Assembly: GCA_039028615.1 (NCBI GenBank)
Contig: JBCCHT010000019.1
Location: forward strand, 96,001-160,000
Source of the DNA: Myxococcota bacterium
Lineage (GTDB): Bacteria > Myxococcota_A > Polyangia > Nannocystales > Nannocystaceae
Direction of reading: 5' to 3'
Length of the DNA: 64,000 bases
Of the stretch, positions 54,556 to 63,242 are shown piece after piece; within the stretch, counting starts at the first letter, position 1, and each line of letters starts with the position of its first letter. A program made the position numbers and the translations under genes. The notes beneath the pieces were generated by a model. That model searched no databases. It saw nothing but the letters and a program-made list of their open reading frames with translations, and was not told the DNA's origin.

Positions 54556-55743
54556 TCAGCGAGGCGCCGGCTTGGGCTCGAAAACCCGGACCTCAACCAA
54601 GATTGGAGCTTCCTCACCATCGTCGCCGGTCGTGCCCGAGCCGGTGTCGGTGCCGGTCGAGCCGCCCTCGGTCTCGCCGTAGGTCTCCTCGTCGTCGTCC
54701 GGCAGCTCCACGAAGAGCATCGCCGTACTCTCGGCAATCTCCGTGGTAATCGCGGTCGGCACCGACGGATCGGCTTTTACGCAGGCGCGCTCTTCGGCCG
54801 GGCCACAGCCGGGGCTGCGAATCGCGAAGCCGAGCTCGGGCCGGTCACCGCGCACTTCGAGGCCGTAAGGCCCCGAGCCGGGCATGACCAGACGCAGGAC
54901 CCGCTCGCGCTGGCGGGCTCCCCCACACGAGTGGGCGTGAGCATCGGTGTGGAGGGTGACCGGATCGATCTCGACCCAGTTGGAGCCCTCGGCCAGCTCG
55001 AGCGAGACGGCCGAGTCGCAGGTGTCGGCCTCGATCGCCGTGCACACGGCGGGCCCCGGCTGCCCCTGGGGATCGTCTTCCGGCGGCGGCGTGGGCAGAC
55101 ACGCCGCGCCCGAGGTGCAGCGGCCTCGACCCTCGGGCTCGCAGGCGTCGCCGATCTCCAGCACGTTCCGCAGCTTCACCTCGAGCGAGAAGCTCAAGGG
55201 ATCGGGCCCGGCGGTGGGCGGCGGCAGACCGAGGATGGGGTGATCCCCATCGATGCCCACCGCGACCACCAAGCTCGACCCCGCCGCGACATCGAGCAAC
55301 CACGTGCCCGCGCCATGGTCGCAGTGCAGCTGCCGGGTATCCCATTCGTCGACGCAGGCGTGGGGCAGCACGCCGACGCGCGGGGAAAAGCCCGAGCCGA
55401 GCCCACGCAATTGTACGTCGCTTCGCCGCGGAACCTCGAGGCGGAAGAACGCATCGGGACCGCCTTCGCCACACGCTCCGCCCAAGCTCACCGCATGCGC
55501 CCGCAACGAGCCGTAGTGCGTGCCTGCCCCCACGATGGGAGCGAGCGCGCACAGGTCCGAGCCCTCTTGCGTCGGCGGCTCGACCTCTCCCGTGCTCGTG
55601 CCGTCGGCGGGACCGGTCGTGCCCAGGTTCATCACCGTGGTCACCTCGCCGGCTTCATCGTCTCCACCGCAGCCGAGCGACGGCAGGGCTCCCGCCGCCA
55701 CCGCGAGCGCCAGCCCGAGCCGGGGAGAGACTCGTCGTCGCAT
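54556..55743 (-). CDS. Hypothetical Cys-rich lipoprotein
   Basis: SLGC lipobox; two 'D.C..A..CG' beta-sandwich-like repeats. Confidence 0.72.
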   Translation of the reverse strand: MRRRVSPRLGLALAVAAGALPSLGCGGDDEAGEVTTVMNLGTTGPADGTSTGEVEPPTQEGSDLCALAPIVGAGTHYGSLRAHAVSLGGACGEGGPDAFFRLEVPRRSDVQLRGLGSGFSPRVGVLPHACVDEWDTRQLHCDHGAGTWLLDVAAGSSLVVAVGIDGDHPILGLPPPTAGPDPLSFSLEVKLRNVLEIGDACEPEGRGRCTSGAACLPTPPPEDDPQGQPGPAVCTAIEADTCDSAVSLELAEGSNWVEIDPVTLHTDAHAHSCGGARQRERVLRLVMPGSGPYGLEVRGDRPELGFAIRSPGCGPAEERACVKADPSVPTAITTEIAESTAMLFVELPDDDEETYGETEGGSTGTDTGSGTTGDDGEEAPILVEVRVFEPKPAPR

Positions 55744-55816
55744 GCGGGTGGACCGCGCATCAGCAGGCGCCATCGAGGTCAGCGTAGCAGGGCCAGCCCC
55801 GTGTTAGCGTCCGCGC

Positions 55817-57118
55817 ATGACCGGACCCTTTGGGGGACTGCCACGCATCGACCTGCGCCCCGGAAACGACGGCGCAGCCGCCTGGCGCAATCGCTGTGCC
55901 CGCGCCGCGGGCCTGGCGGGGGAGGCGGATGCCGCCGCTCGCCAGATCATCGCCCAGATCCGTGACCGCGGGGACGCAGCGCTGATCGAGCTGACCGAGC
56001 GATTCGAGCATCGGACCCTGACCCCGGCCGACATCGAGGTCAGCGCCGAGCGGCGCGCCACGGCGAGCGAGTCCGTGAGCCCGGACGTCCGCGCCGCGCT
56101 CGAGCTGGCCGCCCGCCGGGTCCGCGAGTTCCATCAGACCCAGGTCCACGCCACCACCGGGCTCGAGCACGGCGGGTCGCGCCTGCACAGCCGGGTCGCC
56201 CCGCTGCGCACGGTCGCCGTCTATGCCCCCGGGGGCACCGCCGCCTACCCGTCGTCGGTGCTGATGGCGGGCATCCCCGCGAAGGTGGCCGGCGTGGACG
56301 AGGTCCTGCTGCTCACCCCGCGAGCCACCGACGTCGTCCTCTTGGCGGCCGAGATGGCCGGGATCGATCGCATCTTCGAGGTCGGTGGGGCCCAAGCCAT
56401 CGCCGCGGCTGCGCTCGGCACCGACACCATCCCGCGCGTCGACAAGATCGTGGGACCGGGCAACGCCTACGTCACCGCCGCCAAGCGCCAGGTCTTCGGC
56501 CTCTGCGACATCGATGGCATCGCCGGGCCCAGCGAGATCCTGGTGGTCGCGGACGACAGCGCCGACCCGGCCCTGGTCGCAGCCGACCTCATCAGCCAGG
56601 CGGAGCACGATCGGCTCGCGTGTGCGGTGCTCGTGACCGACCACCCGCCGCTGGTCGACGCCACCGATCGGGCCCTGACCGAGCAGCTCGCCGACCTGCC
56701 GCGCACCGACATCGCCACCGAAGCGCTCACCGAGCACGGCGCGGCGGTGATCGTGGCCGACCGCGAGGCCATGGCCCGCGCCGCCGACGAGTATGCGCCC
56801 GAGCACCTCGAGCTGTTGGTGCGCGAGCCCGATGCGATGGCCGAAGGCCTGCGGGGCGCGGGGGCGATCTTCGTCGGTCCGTGGACGCCCGAGGCCGCGG
56901 GGGACTACACCGCGGGACCCAGCCACGTTTTGCCCACCGCGGGCGCGGCCCGCTTCGGCTCTCCGCTGGGCGTGTGGGACTTCGTCAAGCACACCAGCGT
57001 GCTGGCCCTCGACGAGGCCGCGCTGCGGGCCCAAGCCGAGGCCATCGTCACCCTGGCCCGCGCCGAAGGCCTCGAAGGCCACGCCCGCGCCGTCGAGCGC
57101 CGACTCGACCGCAAGTGA
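55817..57118 (+). CDS. hisD: Histidinol dehydrogenase
   Basis: YAPGG.A.YPSS, GGAQA, GPGNAYV, AGPSE, QAEHD, APEHL, GPSHVLPT. Confidence 0.96.
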   Translation: MTGPFGGLPRIDLRPGNDGAAAWRNRCARAAGLAGEADAAARQIIAQIRDRGDAALIELTERFEHRTLTPADIEVSAERRATASESVSPDVRAALELAARRVREFHQTQVHATTGLEHGGSRLHSRVAPLRTVAVYAPGGTAAYPSSVLMAGIPAKVAGVDEVLLLTPRATDVVLLAAEMAGIDRIFEVGGAQAIAAAALGTDTIPRVDKIVGPGNAYVTAAKRQVFGLCDIDGIAGPSEILVVADDSADPALVAADLISQAEHDRLACAVLVTDHPPLVDATDRALTEQLADLPRTDIATEALTEHGAAVIVADREAMARAADEYAPEHLELLVREPDAMAEGLRGAGAIFVGPWTPEAAGDYTAGPSHVLPTAGAARFGSPLGVWDFVKHTSVLALDEAALRAQAEAIVTLARAEGLEGHARAVERRLDRK

Positions 57119-57125
57119 GGGGATC

Positions 57126-58238
57126 ATGAGCGATACCAACGATCTTCCCTGGGCCTCGCACTTGCGCTCCACGCTGGGTGCGCTGTCGATCTACGACGTC
57201 GCGCCCGCCGACGCCTCCAAGGCGCGGTTGCACGCCAACGAGTGCCCAGAGCCCTGGCCGGCCGAGGTCATGGAGGCCGCAGGCCAGCGCCTCGCCGAGC
57301 TCGAGCTCGGCCGCTATCCCGACACGTCGGGCCGACGACTGCGGGCCCTGCTCGGCCGGCGCCACGGCTGCGACCCCGAGCGCGTGGTGCTGGGCAACGG
57401 CAGCGACGAGATCATCTTCTTGCTGCTGATGGCCTTGTCCTCGCCCGAGCGCCCAGGGGTCATCGTGACGCCGGCCCCGACCTTCGTGATGTACGGCCAC
57501 ACCGCGAAGGTCCTCGGCATGGAGCTGCGCGAGGTCCTGCTCACCGAAGACCTCGAGCTGCCCGGAGCCGAGCTCGACGAGGCCCTCCGCGGCGCGACCA
57601 TCTGCTTCTTCGCCCGGCCCAACAACCCCACGGGCAACCTGTGGGACGAGGCTCGCATCCGTCGGCTCATCGCCGATCACCCCGACGTCATCTTCGTGAT
57701 CGACGAGGCTTACACCGCCTATGCCCCCGAGGGCAGCTCGATGTGGTCGCCGGACGGGCCGAGCAACCAAGTCCACATGGGCACCTTGTCCAAGGTGGGC
57801 CTGGCCGCGCTACGCCTGGGCTACTGCATCGCCCATCCCGCCCTGGCCCACGCCATGAATACGGTGCGGCACCCCTACAACGTGTCGCAGACCAGCCTGA
57901 GCCTGGCCGAGCTGGTGCTCGATCGCTTCGACGACGCGCAGAAGGCCATGGTGGCTCGAGCGCGCGACAATCGGGCCCGGCTCGCCGAGATTCTCGGTCG
58001 GATCCCCGGCGCCGAGGTGCTGCCCTCGGCCGCCAACCTCGTGCTCGTGCGCCTGGCCGAAGACGGCCACGCCCCTGCCCTGCGCGCCTACCTGGCCGAG
58101 CACGGCGTGCTGGTCAAAGACGTCAGCGGTCAGCCGCGTCTACAACGATGTCTGCGCGTGAGCGTCGGGACCGAGCCCGAGCTGCAGCGACTCGCCCGGG
58201 CCCTCGACGGTTGGAAGGGCCCCGCGGCGGCGGAGTGA
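57126..58238 (+). CDS. hisC: Histidinol-phosphate aminotransferase
   Basis: ANECP, RYPD, GNGSDE, PNNPTG, DEAY, TLSK..LAALRLG. Confidence 0.93.
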   Translation: MSDTNDLPWASHLRSTLGALSIYDVAPADASKARLHANECPEPWPAEVMEAAGQRLAELELGRYPDTSGRRLRALLGRRHGCDPERVVLGNGSDEIIFLLLMALSSPERPGVIVTPAPTFVMYGHTAKVLGMELREVLLTEDLELPGAELDEALRGATICFFARPNNPTGNLWDEARIRRLIADHPDVIFVIDEAYTAYAPEGSSMWSPDGPSNQVHMGTLSKVGLAALRLGYCIAHPALAHAMNTVRHPYNVSQTSLSLAELVLDRFDDAQKAMVARARDNRARLAEILGRIPGAEVLPSAANLVLVRLAEDGHAPALRAYLAEHGVLVKDVSGQPRLQRCLRVSVGTEPELQRLARALDGWKGPAAAE

Positions 58239-58260
58239 TCCGCCGCCCCGCCGTGGGCGC

Positions 58261-58521
58261 TCAGGCGTCGGTGTCGAGCGAGTCGACCAGCGCGATGTAG
58301 GCCTGCTTGGCGTCGTCCTGAGAGGTGCCTTTGCGCTTCTCCCAGGCGTCCCACTTGGCCCGGCCGCGAATGTTGGTCATGCCGGGGCGCTTGCCCTGCA
58401 CGTCACCCTCGGAGCCTTGCTTGTACAGGGCGTACAGGTCCAACAGGGTGCCGTTGGGTGGCCGTTGGTCCAGAAGCTGCACCCGCTCGGCTGCGTACTT
58501 GAAGTCGTCGTCGAGGCTCAT
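58261..58521 (-). CDS. Acyl-CoA-binding protein
   Basis: LYALYKQG..GD..RPG..AKWDAW..AKQAYI. Confidence 0.93.
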   Translation of the reverse strand: MSLDDDFKYAAERVQLLDQRPPNGTLLDLYALYKQGSEGDVQGKRPGMTNIRGRAKWDAWEKRKGTSQDDAKQAYIALVDSLDTDA

Positions 58522-58607
58522 ATCCGAAGGTCCCTTCCCTTGGAGGCAGGTGTACACCGCGGGGCCGCTCGATTGGAAGAACGATCTCGGTGCGATAAAC
58601 CTCTCGG

Positions 58608-59675
58608 GTGGACCACAAGAAGGGCTTGCCCCAAGAGCGGGCGGACCAGCTGCTGGTCAACGCGGCGCAGGGTCCCGGGTGGGCGCTGTGCATCGGCGCG
58701 GGGACCTCGCTGCCGATCTTCCCCGACTGGAACCGACTCGTACGCAACCTCATCGCACGCATCCACCCCGATCGAGCCGACGAACTCGCCAAGACCCTGA
58801 GTGCGGGCTTCGCCCCCGACTCGCTGATCCAGGCGGCGTCGATCTTGAACGAGGGGGGCCCCGAGCGCTTCGCCGCGCTCCTCACCGACGAGCTGTATCG
58901 AGACTTTCTCGATCACTTCGGGGAGGCCGAGCGCCAGCTGGTGGTCACCGCGCTGGCGGCCACGCGCCCCGGCGATCTCAGCTCCAAGAAGTGGACGCAG
59001 TTCTCGGACTTGCTGACCAAGCACTGGGGCGACGCCATGTCGTGCCTGGCCATCGCGCCCGTGATCAGCCGAGTGCTGGGTACGTCGCTGTCGCCATCGA
59101 GCATCCTGTCGTTCAACGCCGAGCCGCTGCTCTTCGCCGCCATCAATGCCCATCAGGCGAGCGCCGATCCGGCCGCTCCCCAGCGCATCGACCGGGTGGT
59201 CCGCGGCATCTCCAATCGCAACGTGGGGCGCGTCCCCTACGTGTTCTGTCACGGCTTGCTGCCCGTGCCCGACACCCACGCGTCACCGCTGAGCAGCTCG
59301 CCGGACACGCTCGTGTTCTCGGAGTCGGCCTATCTGCAGCTGGCCGCCAACCTTTACTCGTGGCAGGCCCACGCGTTCCTCGAGACCTGCGCCTCGCGGC
59401 GGGTCGTGTTCGTGGGGCTATCGCTCACCGACGCCAACATGCGCCGATGGCTGTCGTGGGTGCACGACAGCCGACTCGATGAACTTCGCCGCATCGACAG
59501 CCCCGCGAAGAGCTCGACCCAACACTTGTGGTTGAACTGTGCCCCGAACGACCCCGAGCTTCGCAAGTGGATCGAAGCGAGCGTCGCTCACCTCGGGGTG
59601 AGACTGGTGTGGCTGAACGGGTGGGACCAAGTGGGGCTCGTGCTAGCGCGGATGCTCAACCTCCCGTCGAGCTGA
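58608..59675 (+). CDS. SIR2-family (SIR2_2-like) protein, standalone
   Basis: IGAGTS..PDW, SFN, CHG, LVFSESAY, FVGLSLTDAN. Confidence 0.85.
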   Translation: MDHKKGLPQERADQLLVNAAQGPGWALCIGAGTSLPIFPDWNRLVRNLIARIHPDRADELAKTLSAGFAPDSLIQAASILNEGGPERFAALLTDELYRDFLDHFGEAERQLVVTALAATRPGDLSSKKWTQFSDLLTKHWGDAMSCLAIAPVISRVLGTSLSPSSILSFNAEPLLFAAINAHQASADPAAPQRIDRVVRGISNRNVGRVPYVFCHGLLPVPDTHASPLSSSPDTLVFSESAYLQLAANLYSWQAHAFLETCASRRVVFVGLSLTDANMRRWLSWVHDSRLDELRRIDSPAKSSTQHLWLNCAPNDPELRKWIEASVAHLGVRLVWLNGWDQVGLVLARMLNLPSS

Positions 59676-59697
59676 CCGCAGCACCCTCCACAAACGA

Positions 59698-59783
59698 CGA
59701 TGCGTTCCGGCCATGGACGCAGCTCGCTGACCGTCGATGGACATCGACGAGCACTGAGCCGAGTGCATGACCGGAACGCATCG
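59698..59783 (-). other. Long imperfect hairpin (86 nt)
   Basis: CGATGCGTTCCGG(C/T)CATG 18-nt inverted repeat enclosing CGTCGATG/CATCGACG; mismatches read as G-U on minus strand. Confidence 0.8.
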
Positions 59784-59784
59784 C

Positions 59785-60340
59785 GCGGTGAGTCGTGCTC
59801 GGGTCGCGGAGTTGAACCGCTGAGCTTTAGCCCACAGGCCGAAGGCCTGCTGCCCTACCCAGGCTGCCCTAGCCACGACTCACCGCCGTGCCGTCGCAAA
59901 CCGATTCCACCGACCATGCCGGGGGTGTTGCGTATCGAAGGTCGTGATGAATCGGTTCGTTGTTGGTCTTCACGTTTCCCATGAGGGGATCACTGTGCTT
60001 TCTGGTCCAAATGGACCGCTGAGTTCGCAGGTTCCGGGCGTCGCCCGGAGGTCTGTGCAAGTCCAGTAGATTCATGGTTGGGTTCTTCTAACGGGTTAAG
60101 ACGTCGGAAATCGTTAATCGGTTCCCTCACATCCGTTTTTTAACCATTGGAAGATCTTCAACAATTTGCTTGGTCCCCCTGATGCATAGGCAATGGTAAC
60201 CCCGACATCCGGCCAACCGGATGCATTGAAAGTTCACCCTACAGGGGGCCCAGGGCCCACACAGGTCAGTTTACGCCCGACGAACTCCTCTTTGCCGTAC
60301 TCCTCCTCGTTGGCTGGTTGCACAGGATGCACGGCGACCG
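59785..60340 (-). ncRNA. Candidate large structured ncRNA of unknown family
   Basis: Low GC, no credible ORF, nested long-range helices, 5' end pairs beside the tRNA-like domain, AT-rich promoter-like tract just upstream. Confidence 0.55.
59793..59873 (-). ncRNA. Non-canonical tRNA-like cloverleaf
   Basis: Acceptor GCUAGGG/CCCGAGC, D arm GCCU-GGGUA-GGGC, arm GCAGG-CCUUCGG-CCUGU, variable hairpin, T arm GCGG-UUCAACU-CCGC, end ACGA. Confidence 0.65.
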
Positions 60341-60437
60341 AGAAATTTTTACATAGCGGTCGCGCTCGACCTGTCGTTTCAGCCCAATCACCCAAAACGA
60401 TCGGCGAAGGGCCCATCGCCCCCGCGAGTTCGTTCGA

Positions 60438-61577
60438 TCAACCGGGGTGGAGCAGGCCTTCGCCCATGTGGACGAGGTCTTCGAGGGTCGACGGCGGAGG
60501 GTCACGGCGTTCGACGACGGCGACGGGAACCTGCGGGTAGCGCTGCCGCAGGTGCTCGAGGATCCGTTGGCCACGGTCGGCTTGTCGGCGGGCGCCGTCG
60601 TAGGCCGACCGCAGAGCACCCATGGCCGCGTCGGCTTCGGCCTCTCCCACGTGGGCGACCACCGTGGGTCGCACCTGCGCGTCGACGGGAGCCTCGGGCA
60701 AGGTGGGCAGCACGCGATTGAGCACGATGCCGTCGACGTTGAGCCCTCGCTCGGCGATGACATCGATGAAGCCCTCGGCCTCGCGCGCGGAGAAGTCGGT
60801 GGCCGCGGTCGCGAACACGGCCCCGGTCTCCTTGGAGCGCATCAGCGTGGCCACATCGCCCGCCCGACGACGGAACTCGCCGAGCACGGCGGAGAACTCC
60901 TTGAGGAAGGCCCCCAGCTCGCCGATGAAGGAGCCGCCGCCCATCGACTCGAGGGTCTTGAGCAGCACGCCGCCGCCCAGCCCCATGAGCTTGAGGCCGA
61001 GGCGTCCGGTCCCGGCGAGGAAGCGCCCGGCCGGGTTGTTGATGAGCTCCTCGATCCGGGAGGGCGCGTCGATGAAGTCGAGCGCGTTGGCGGTGGGCGG
61101 GGTATCGAGCACGATGAGGTCGTAGCGCCCCTCGGCGTGCAGCATGTGGACGCGGGCGGTGGCCGCAAACTCGAGCGCCCCACCCAGGTGCTGCACCGTC
61201 GCCTGGTAGATGGGGTTGGCGAGCATGCGCGCGGCGGCGGCGGTGTCCTTGGAGTAGGCCCGTACGATCTCGTCGAACACGCGCTGGGTGTCGAGCATCA
61301 GGCAATCGAGCGAGATGCCCCCGGGCGCCTGCACGGGCACGATGCTCCCCGCGGCGCTGCCTTGGGCCGGATCGAGCCCCAGCGCCTGCGCCAGGCGGCG
61401 GGACGGATCGATGGTCAACACGAGCACCCGTCGGCCCCCCGATGCAGCGGCCAGACCGAGCGCCGCCGCCACCGTGGTCTTCCCCACGCCGCCCGGTCCC
61501 ATGCACAGCAGGACCCTGCGCTGGGGGGAGATCTGGAGCCGATGCCCGGCGTTGCTCACAGCCGCGGCTTTTACCAC
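60438..61577 (-). CDS. ArsA/GET3-family ATPase
   Basis: GPGGVGKTT, TIDPSRRLA, LDTPPT; start may be 61559. Confidence 0.9.
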   Translation of the reverse strand: MVKAAAVSNAGHRLQISPQRRVLLCMGPGGVGKTTVAAALGLAAASGGRRVLVLTIDPSRRLAQALGLDPAQGSAAGSIVPVQAPGGISLDCLMLDTQRVFDEIVRAYSKDTAAAARMLANPIYQATVQHLGGALEFAATARVHMLHAEGRYDLIVLDTPPTANALDFIDAPSRIEELINNPAGRFLAGTGRLGLKLMGLGGGVLLKTLESMGGGSFIGELGAFLKEFSAVLGEFRRRAGDVATLMRSKETGAVFATAATDFSAREAEGFIDVIAERGLNVDGIVLNRVLPTLPEAPVDAQVRPTVVAHVGEAEADAAMGALRSAYDGARRQADRGQRILEHLRQRYPQVPVAVVERRDPPPSTLEDLVHMGEGLLHPG

Positions 61578-61617
61578 GAGTCCCGCCCCGGCGAGGGCTC
61601 TGGTACGCTCCGCCGCA

Positions 61618-62160
61618 GTGGGGCGCGCACAGCGTTACGAAGTCGTCGTCGAGGGTCATCCCCATGCGGTCAGCGTGGAGCTGGACAGTGCGGGTCAGCC
61701 CGTGCGGGTGCAGGTCGGTGACACGAGCTGCGCAGTCGCGCTCGGAGCCGACGACGCGATCGTGGTCCGCCCCGACACGGGCGACAGCGCACAGCACGTG
61801 GTGCACTTGAGCCCCGGGGGCCGACCGACGCAAGCGATCGTCTCGGGCGACCTGCTCGGGCTCGAGGTCCGCAGCGCCCAAGAAGCCGCCCTCGAGGCTG
61901 CGCTCGCGGCCGCGGGCGGAGGCGCGGGCGGAGGCTCCATCGAGGCGCCCATGCCCGGACGCGTGGTCCGAATCCTGGTCACCGAAGGTCAGGAGATCGA
62001 CGCCAACGCGCCGCTGCTGATCGTCGAGGCCATGAAGATGGAAAACGAGGTCCGCAGTCCCATCGCGGGCATCGTTCGCACCATCGCCGTCGAAGAAGGC
62101 CAGGCCGTGGACGCCGGCCAGCTGCTGTGCGAGCTGAGTCAGCCCGAGGCTTCGAGCTGA
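61618..62160 (+). CDS. Biotin carboxyl carrier domain protein
   Basis: APMPGRVV, VEAMKMENE biotinylation motif. Confidence 0.9.
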   Translation: MGRAQRYEVVVEGHPHAVSVELDSAGQPVRVQVGDTSCAVALGADDAIVVRPDTGDSAQHVVHLSPGGRPTQAIVSGDLLGLEVRSAQEAALEAALAAAGGGAGGGSIEAPMPGRVVRILVTEGQEIDANAPLLIVEAMKMENEVRSPIAGIVRTIAVEEGQAVDAGQLLCELSQPEASS

Positions 62161-63107
62161 GCCAGTAGCTGCTCCAGCGCGGGACGGTCGCACACGCCGT
62201 CCCAGCACCAGGGCATGGTCAGCAACGATCCCGCCGCGCCTTGGCGCGCCGCGTCTTCGTCGACCCACTGCTGCACCACCTCGCGATGACGACGGCTGGT
62301 GCGTGCGATGGAAGAGGTCGTGGAGAGCATGCCGGCTACCGCTGCACCGCCCGCGGAGTCGGCCGCGGGTGCGGACAGCTCGGGTACATCGGGCGGCCAC
62401 ATGCCGTTGACCACGATGGTCTCGATCGCGATGTTCCGGTCGCGGCGCAGCGCCGCCCCCAGCTCGCCCAGCTCGGTCAGCGGCCAGCGCTCGGGCAAGC
62501 CGACCAGCACCGCTTCGGTGGCCTGCGGATCGGTGAGCGTCTCGATCATCAGCCGCGCCTCGCTGGGCAGGGGCCCGGCCGGGATGGCATCGATGATCGC
62601 CTGCGGCACGCCGACGGTGTAGAGCAGGTGCCCGGTCGCGGGCCCGTCGAAGATCACGGTGTCGAAGGCATCGCCGCGGGCGGCCTCGTGCCACGCCTTG
62701 CCGAACACGGCGAAGTCGTCGAGCCCGGGGATCGCCTGAAGCAGACGACGCACGATGCGATTGTCGAAGACGGCGGCCGACACGCGCTCACTGCGCACGA
62801 TCATCGCCCCGTACTCGCGTAAACACACACGAGGCACGAGCCGCTGGATGTGCAGCCCGCCGCCGACGGCGTGGACCGTGTCGGGCAACGACGGTGCACC
62901 GAGCATCCAGCCCAAGCGGTCGTCGTGCCCGGTGGTCGCGACCAACACTCGACGCCCGCGAGCGGCGAGGGCCAACCCCAGCAAAGCGGCCACCGTGGTC
63001 CGACCCACGCCCCCCTTGCCGCTGACCACGATCAGGCGACGCGTCGCGAGACGGTCGAAGGTCGCGGCGGGTGAGGCCGCCCCGACGGCCCGGCCAGGCG
63101 TGGACAT
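62139..63107 (-). CDS. ArsA/GET3-family ATPase-like protein
   Basis: SGKGGVGRTT, PGLDD..GKAW, DGPATGH, LPE..P..E. Confidence 0.88.
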   Translation of the reverse strand: MSTPGRAVGAASPAATFDRLATRRLIVVSGKGGVGRTTVAALLGLALAARGRRVLVATTGHDDRLGWMLGAPSLPDTVHAVGGGLHIQRLVPRVCLREYGAMIVRSERVSAAVFDNRIVRRLLQAIPGLDDFAVFGKAWHEAARGDAFDTVIFDGPATGHLLYTVGVPQAIIDAIPAGPLPSEARLMIETLTDPQATEAVLVGLPERWPLTELGELGAALRRDRNIAIETIVVNGMWPPDVPELSAPAADSAGGAAVAGMLSTTSSIARTSRRHREVVQQWVDEDAARQGAAGSLLTMPWCWDGVCDRPALEQLLAQLEASG

Positions 63108-63242
63108 GGGCGGGAGCCTGGCATAGGCGCGCGTTCACGCCAACCGCCGAGACGACGGACCGCGCACAAAGCGCGGCACGCGAAGGCTCGGGGCCCCTTG
63201 CGGCAGGAGCCCGGGCGATACACAAATCACTCCGGCGACGTC

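Noticed and set aside
59793..59873. Functional tRNA-Glu(UUC) or tRNA-Sec
   Set aside because: C33, self-pairing anticodon loop, short D loop, no CCA and no UCA anticodon; kept only as tRNA-like
59869..60075. 68-aa minus-strand ORF
   Set aside because: Atypical codon use, no recognisable motif, and overlaps the paired elements
60234..60320. Minus-strand frame ANEEEYGK... resembling a tmRNA tag, plus GGGGGCGA near 60416-60423
   Set aside because: No Ala-Ala-stop ending, no G3-U70 acceptor and no CCA end; the GGCGA segment forms its own hairpin after arsA
60055..60325. Short matches to 16S rRNA words (GGGCGTAAA, GGAGTACGGC, GAAGAACC)
   Set aside because: 8-10 nt matches are expected by chance between sequences of this size, and order and spacing are inconsistent with 16S
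59698..60340. Retron msr/msd, group I/II intron or RNase P RNA
   Set aside because: No reverse transcriptase nearby, no domain V or P7-type signatures, no GAGGAAAGTCC
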